A stretch of 64,000 nucleotides of DNA from an uncultured Gemmatimonadaceae bacterium (lineage in GTDB: Bacteria; Gemmatimonadota; Gemmatimonadetes; Gemmatimonadales; Gemmatimonadaceae): assembly GCA_963761305.1 (NCBI GenBank), contig CAVXGK010000002.1:544001-608000 (forward strand), in the 5' to 3' direction. The position numbers were made by a program, and so were the translations under genes. The notes beneath the pieces are model-generated. The model made no database searches, was not told the origin of the DNA, and saw only the letters and a program-made list of their open reading frames with translations. Of the stretch, positions 61,890 to 64,000 are shown one piece after another (the first letter of the stretch is position 1; every line of letters starts with the position of its first letter).

Positions 61890-63406
61890 GCTTTTCGAAG
61901 ATTCTCGTCGCGAATCGCGGCGAGATCGCGTTGCGCATCGTGCGCGCGTGCCGCGAGATGGGAATCGGTTCGGTCGCCGTCTACAGCGACGCCGATGCAC
62001 GTGCGCCGCACGTGCGCGAAGCCGACGAAGCGGTGAACATCGGGCCGCCGCCGTCGGCCGAGAGTTATCTGCGCGGCGAGAAGATCATCGAGGCGGCGCA
62101 CCGCTCGGGCGCGCAGGCGATTCACCCGGGCTACGGGTTCCTCTCCGAGCGCGAGTGGTTCGCGCGCGCCGTGCGCGACGCCGGATTGGTCTGGGTCGGG
62201 CCGCCGGCGGAAGCCATCGCGGCGATGGGCAGCAAGACCGCGGCGCGACAATTGGCGATCGGCGCCAAGGTGCCCGTCGTGCCCGGCACCACCTCGGCGC
62301 TGAAGGATGCGGCAGAAGCGCGAGCCGTGGCCGACGAATTTGGCTATCCGGTGCTGCTCAAGGCGGCGGCCGGCGGCGGCGGCAAGGGCATGCGGGTGGT
62401 GCGAGATGCGAAGGACGTGGAATCGTCGCTCGACGCCGCGCGTCGCGAGGCGAAGAACGCGTTCGGCGACGACGCGGTCTACGTCGAGAAGTACATCGTC
62501 GGCCCGCGTCACGTCGAAATCCAGGTGCTCGGCGACCAGCATGGAACGATGCTCTCGCTCAACGAACGCGAGTGCTCCGTCCAGCGCCGCCATCAGAAGA
62601 TGATCGAGGAAGCGCCGAGCGTCGCCGTGAATCCGGAGCTTCGCCGCGCGATGGGCGAGACGGCCGTCCGCGCGGCGACAGCGGCCGGCTACGTGAACGC
62701 GGGCACGTGCGAGTTCCTGCTCGACCGCGACGGCAAGTTCTACTTCCTCGAGATGAACACGCGGCTCCAAGTCGAGCATCCGGTGACGGAGTTGGTGACG
62801 GGGATCGATCTGGTGCAGTGGCAGATCCGCATCGCGGCGGGCGAACGCCTCCCGTACAAACAAGACGACATCGTCCCGCGCGGCTGGGCGATCGAGTGTC
62901 GCATCACCAGCGAAGATCCCGCGAACGGATTTCTTCCATCGACGGGACGCATCAGCTACCTCCACGTCCCCGGCGGACCGGGCGTGCGATGGGACGGCGG
63001 CATCGAAGCCGGCAGCGAAATCGGATTGTTCTACGATCCGATGCTGGCCAAGCTGATCGTCCACGCACCCACGCGAGACGCTGCGATCGCGCGCATGCAC
63101 CGCGCGCTGCTCGAGTTGACGATCGAAGGCGTCGAGAGCTCGCGCGACTTCCACCTGCGAGTAATGGAAGATGCCGAGTTCAAGGCGGGCGCGATCGAGA
63201 TTCAGTGGCTCGAGCGACGGCTGGATTCGATCGTCCACGCGCCGGCGCCCGCCGCCACGGCGAAGGCAGCCGCGCTGGTCGGCGCGCTGATCGCCGACCG
63301 CGACCGGAAGACCGCGCGTCAGACGCCGGCGTCGAGCGTCGCCAGTGGTGGCGGCGGTCCTGTAGACCAGTGGCTGCGCGCCGGCCGTGTCGAGGGACTG
63401 CGATGA
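61886..63406 (+). CDS. accC: Biotin carboxylase subunit of acyl-CoA carboxylase
   Basis: [47 protein letters not shown]; no biotinyl domain. Confidence 0.9.
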
Positions 63407-64000
63407 CGCTCGCGGAGCTCGACATCGACTCGATCGCCGCCGGCGGTGATGGCGTCGGCCGAACCGACGGCGTCGTCGTGTTCGTGCCGCGCACTGCGCC
63501 CGGCGACCGCGTGCGCGCACGGATGGACGTGCGGCGACGGTTCGCGCGAGGCGAGATGGACGCGCTGCTGTCGCCGTCGCCCGACCGCACGTTGCCGGAG
63601 TGCGCGCACTATGTGGCCGACAAATGCGGCGGGTGTCAGTTGCAGCACATTCGTTACGACGCCCAGCTCGAGGCGAAACAGCGCATCGTCCGCGATTCGC
63701 TCGCCCGCATCGGCAAGCGCGGCGTGGACCTGCCGGCCATCGAGCCGAGTCCGCGCCAGTGGCGCTACCGGCGAAAGCTCACGCTCACGATGCGTCGAGC
63801 CGCGGGGCAGAGCGACGAGTGGACGATCGGTCTCCGCGCCTACGACGATCCCGACCACGTGTTTGCGCTGCGCGACTGTCCGATCACCGACGAACGCGTG
63901 CTCGCCGTCTGGAAGGCCGTCGCCGCCGCTCGGAGATTGCTCCCCGACGCGGACGAGCTGCGCGGCGCCGTGCAGCTCCTCGGCGACGACGTATCGGTCG
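63403..64000 (+). CDS. rlmD: TRAM-domain 23S rRNA m5U methyltransferase (RlmD/TrmA family), 3'-truncated by window edge
   Basis: [34 protein letters not shown] domain, C..Y...CGGCQLQH Fe-S motif, YRRK. Confidence 0.85.
   Translation, partial: MTLAELDIDSIAAGGDGVGRTDGVVVFVPRTAPGDRVRARMDVRRRFARGEMDALLSPSPDRTLPECAHYVADKCGGCQLQHIRYDAQLEAKQRIVRDSLARIGKRGVDLPAIEPSPRQWRYRRKLTLTMRRAAGQSDEWTIGLRAYDDPDHVFALRDCPITDERVLAVWKAVAAARRLLPDADELRGAVQLLGDDVSV

Overview
High-GC bacterial chromosome segment. Gene content and style suggest Gemmatimonadota or a related phylum; this is an inference. Most of the window is housekeeping DNA on the + strand. The first block runs mutS2-dnaG-Zn-ribbon-recJ-rsmD-coaD-pta, then an RsbV/RsbW/RsbU-like module, rsmA, rex divergent from arcA, infC-rpmI-rplT-pheST-zapB/zapA-rny and folD-xseAB-ispA-dxs-nadK-recN. 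The second block is a lysine/DAP operon, aroA-cmk-rpsA, acyl-CoA carboxylase subunits and an rlmD-like gene. An accessory region (about 33.8-45.4 kb) begins at tRNA-Gly and tRNA-Leu(TAA). The 3' half of tRNA-Leu occurs three times and delimits two tandem islets of about 3 kb. These carry arm-type repeats, a dead tyrosine-integrase tail fused to an IS3 fragment, and envelope-protein cargo. A PadR-orphan-permease block follows, bracketed by a duplicated promoter/start region and containing a 21-bp periodic array. The most unusual unexplained feature is an AT-rich element of about 220 bp at 57.96-58.18 kb. It has about 47-bp inverted arms and three internal hairpins (candidate ncRNA or invertible DNA) and sits directly behind a nitroreductase-fold plus adenylate-ligase gene pair. 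Other regulatory signals are a perfect Rex operator, a terminator/antiterminator leader and ATT start for infC, a promoter-led RNA rod between zapA and rny, and several probable leaderless genes.
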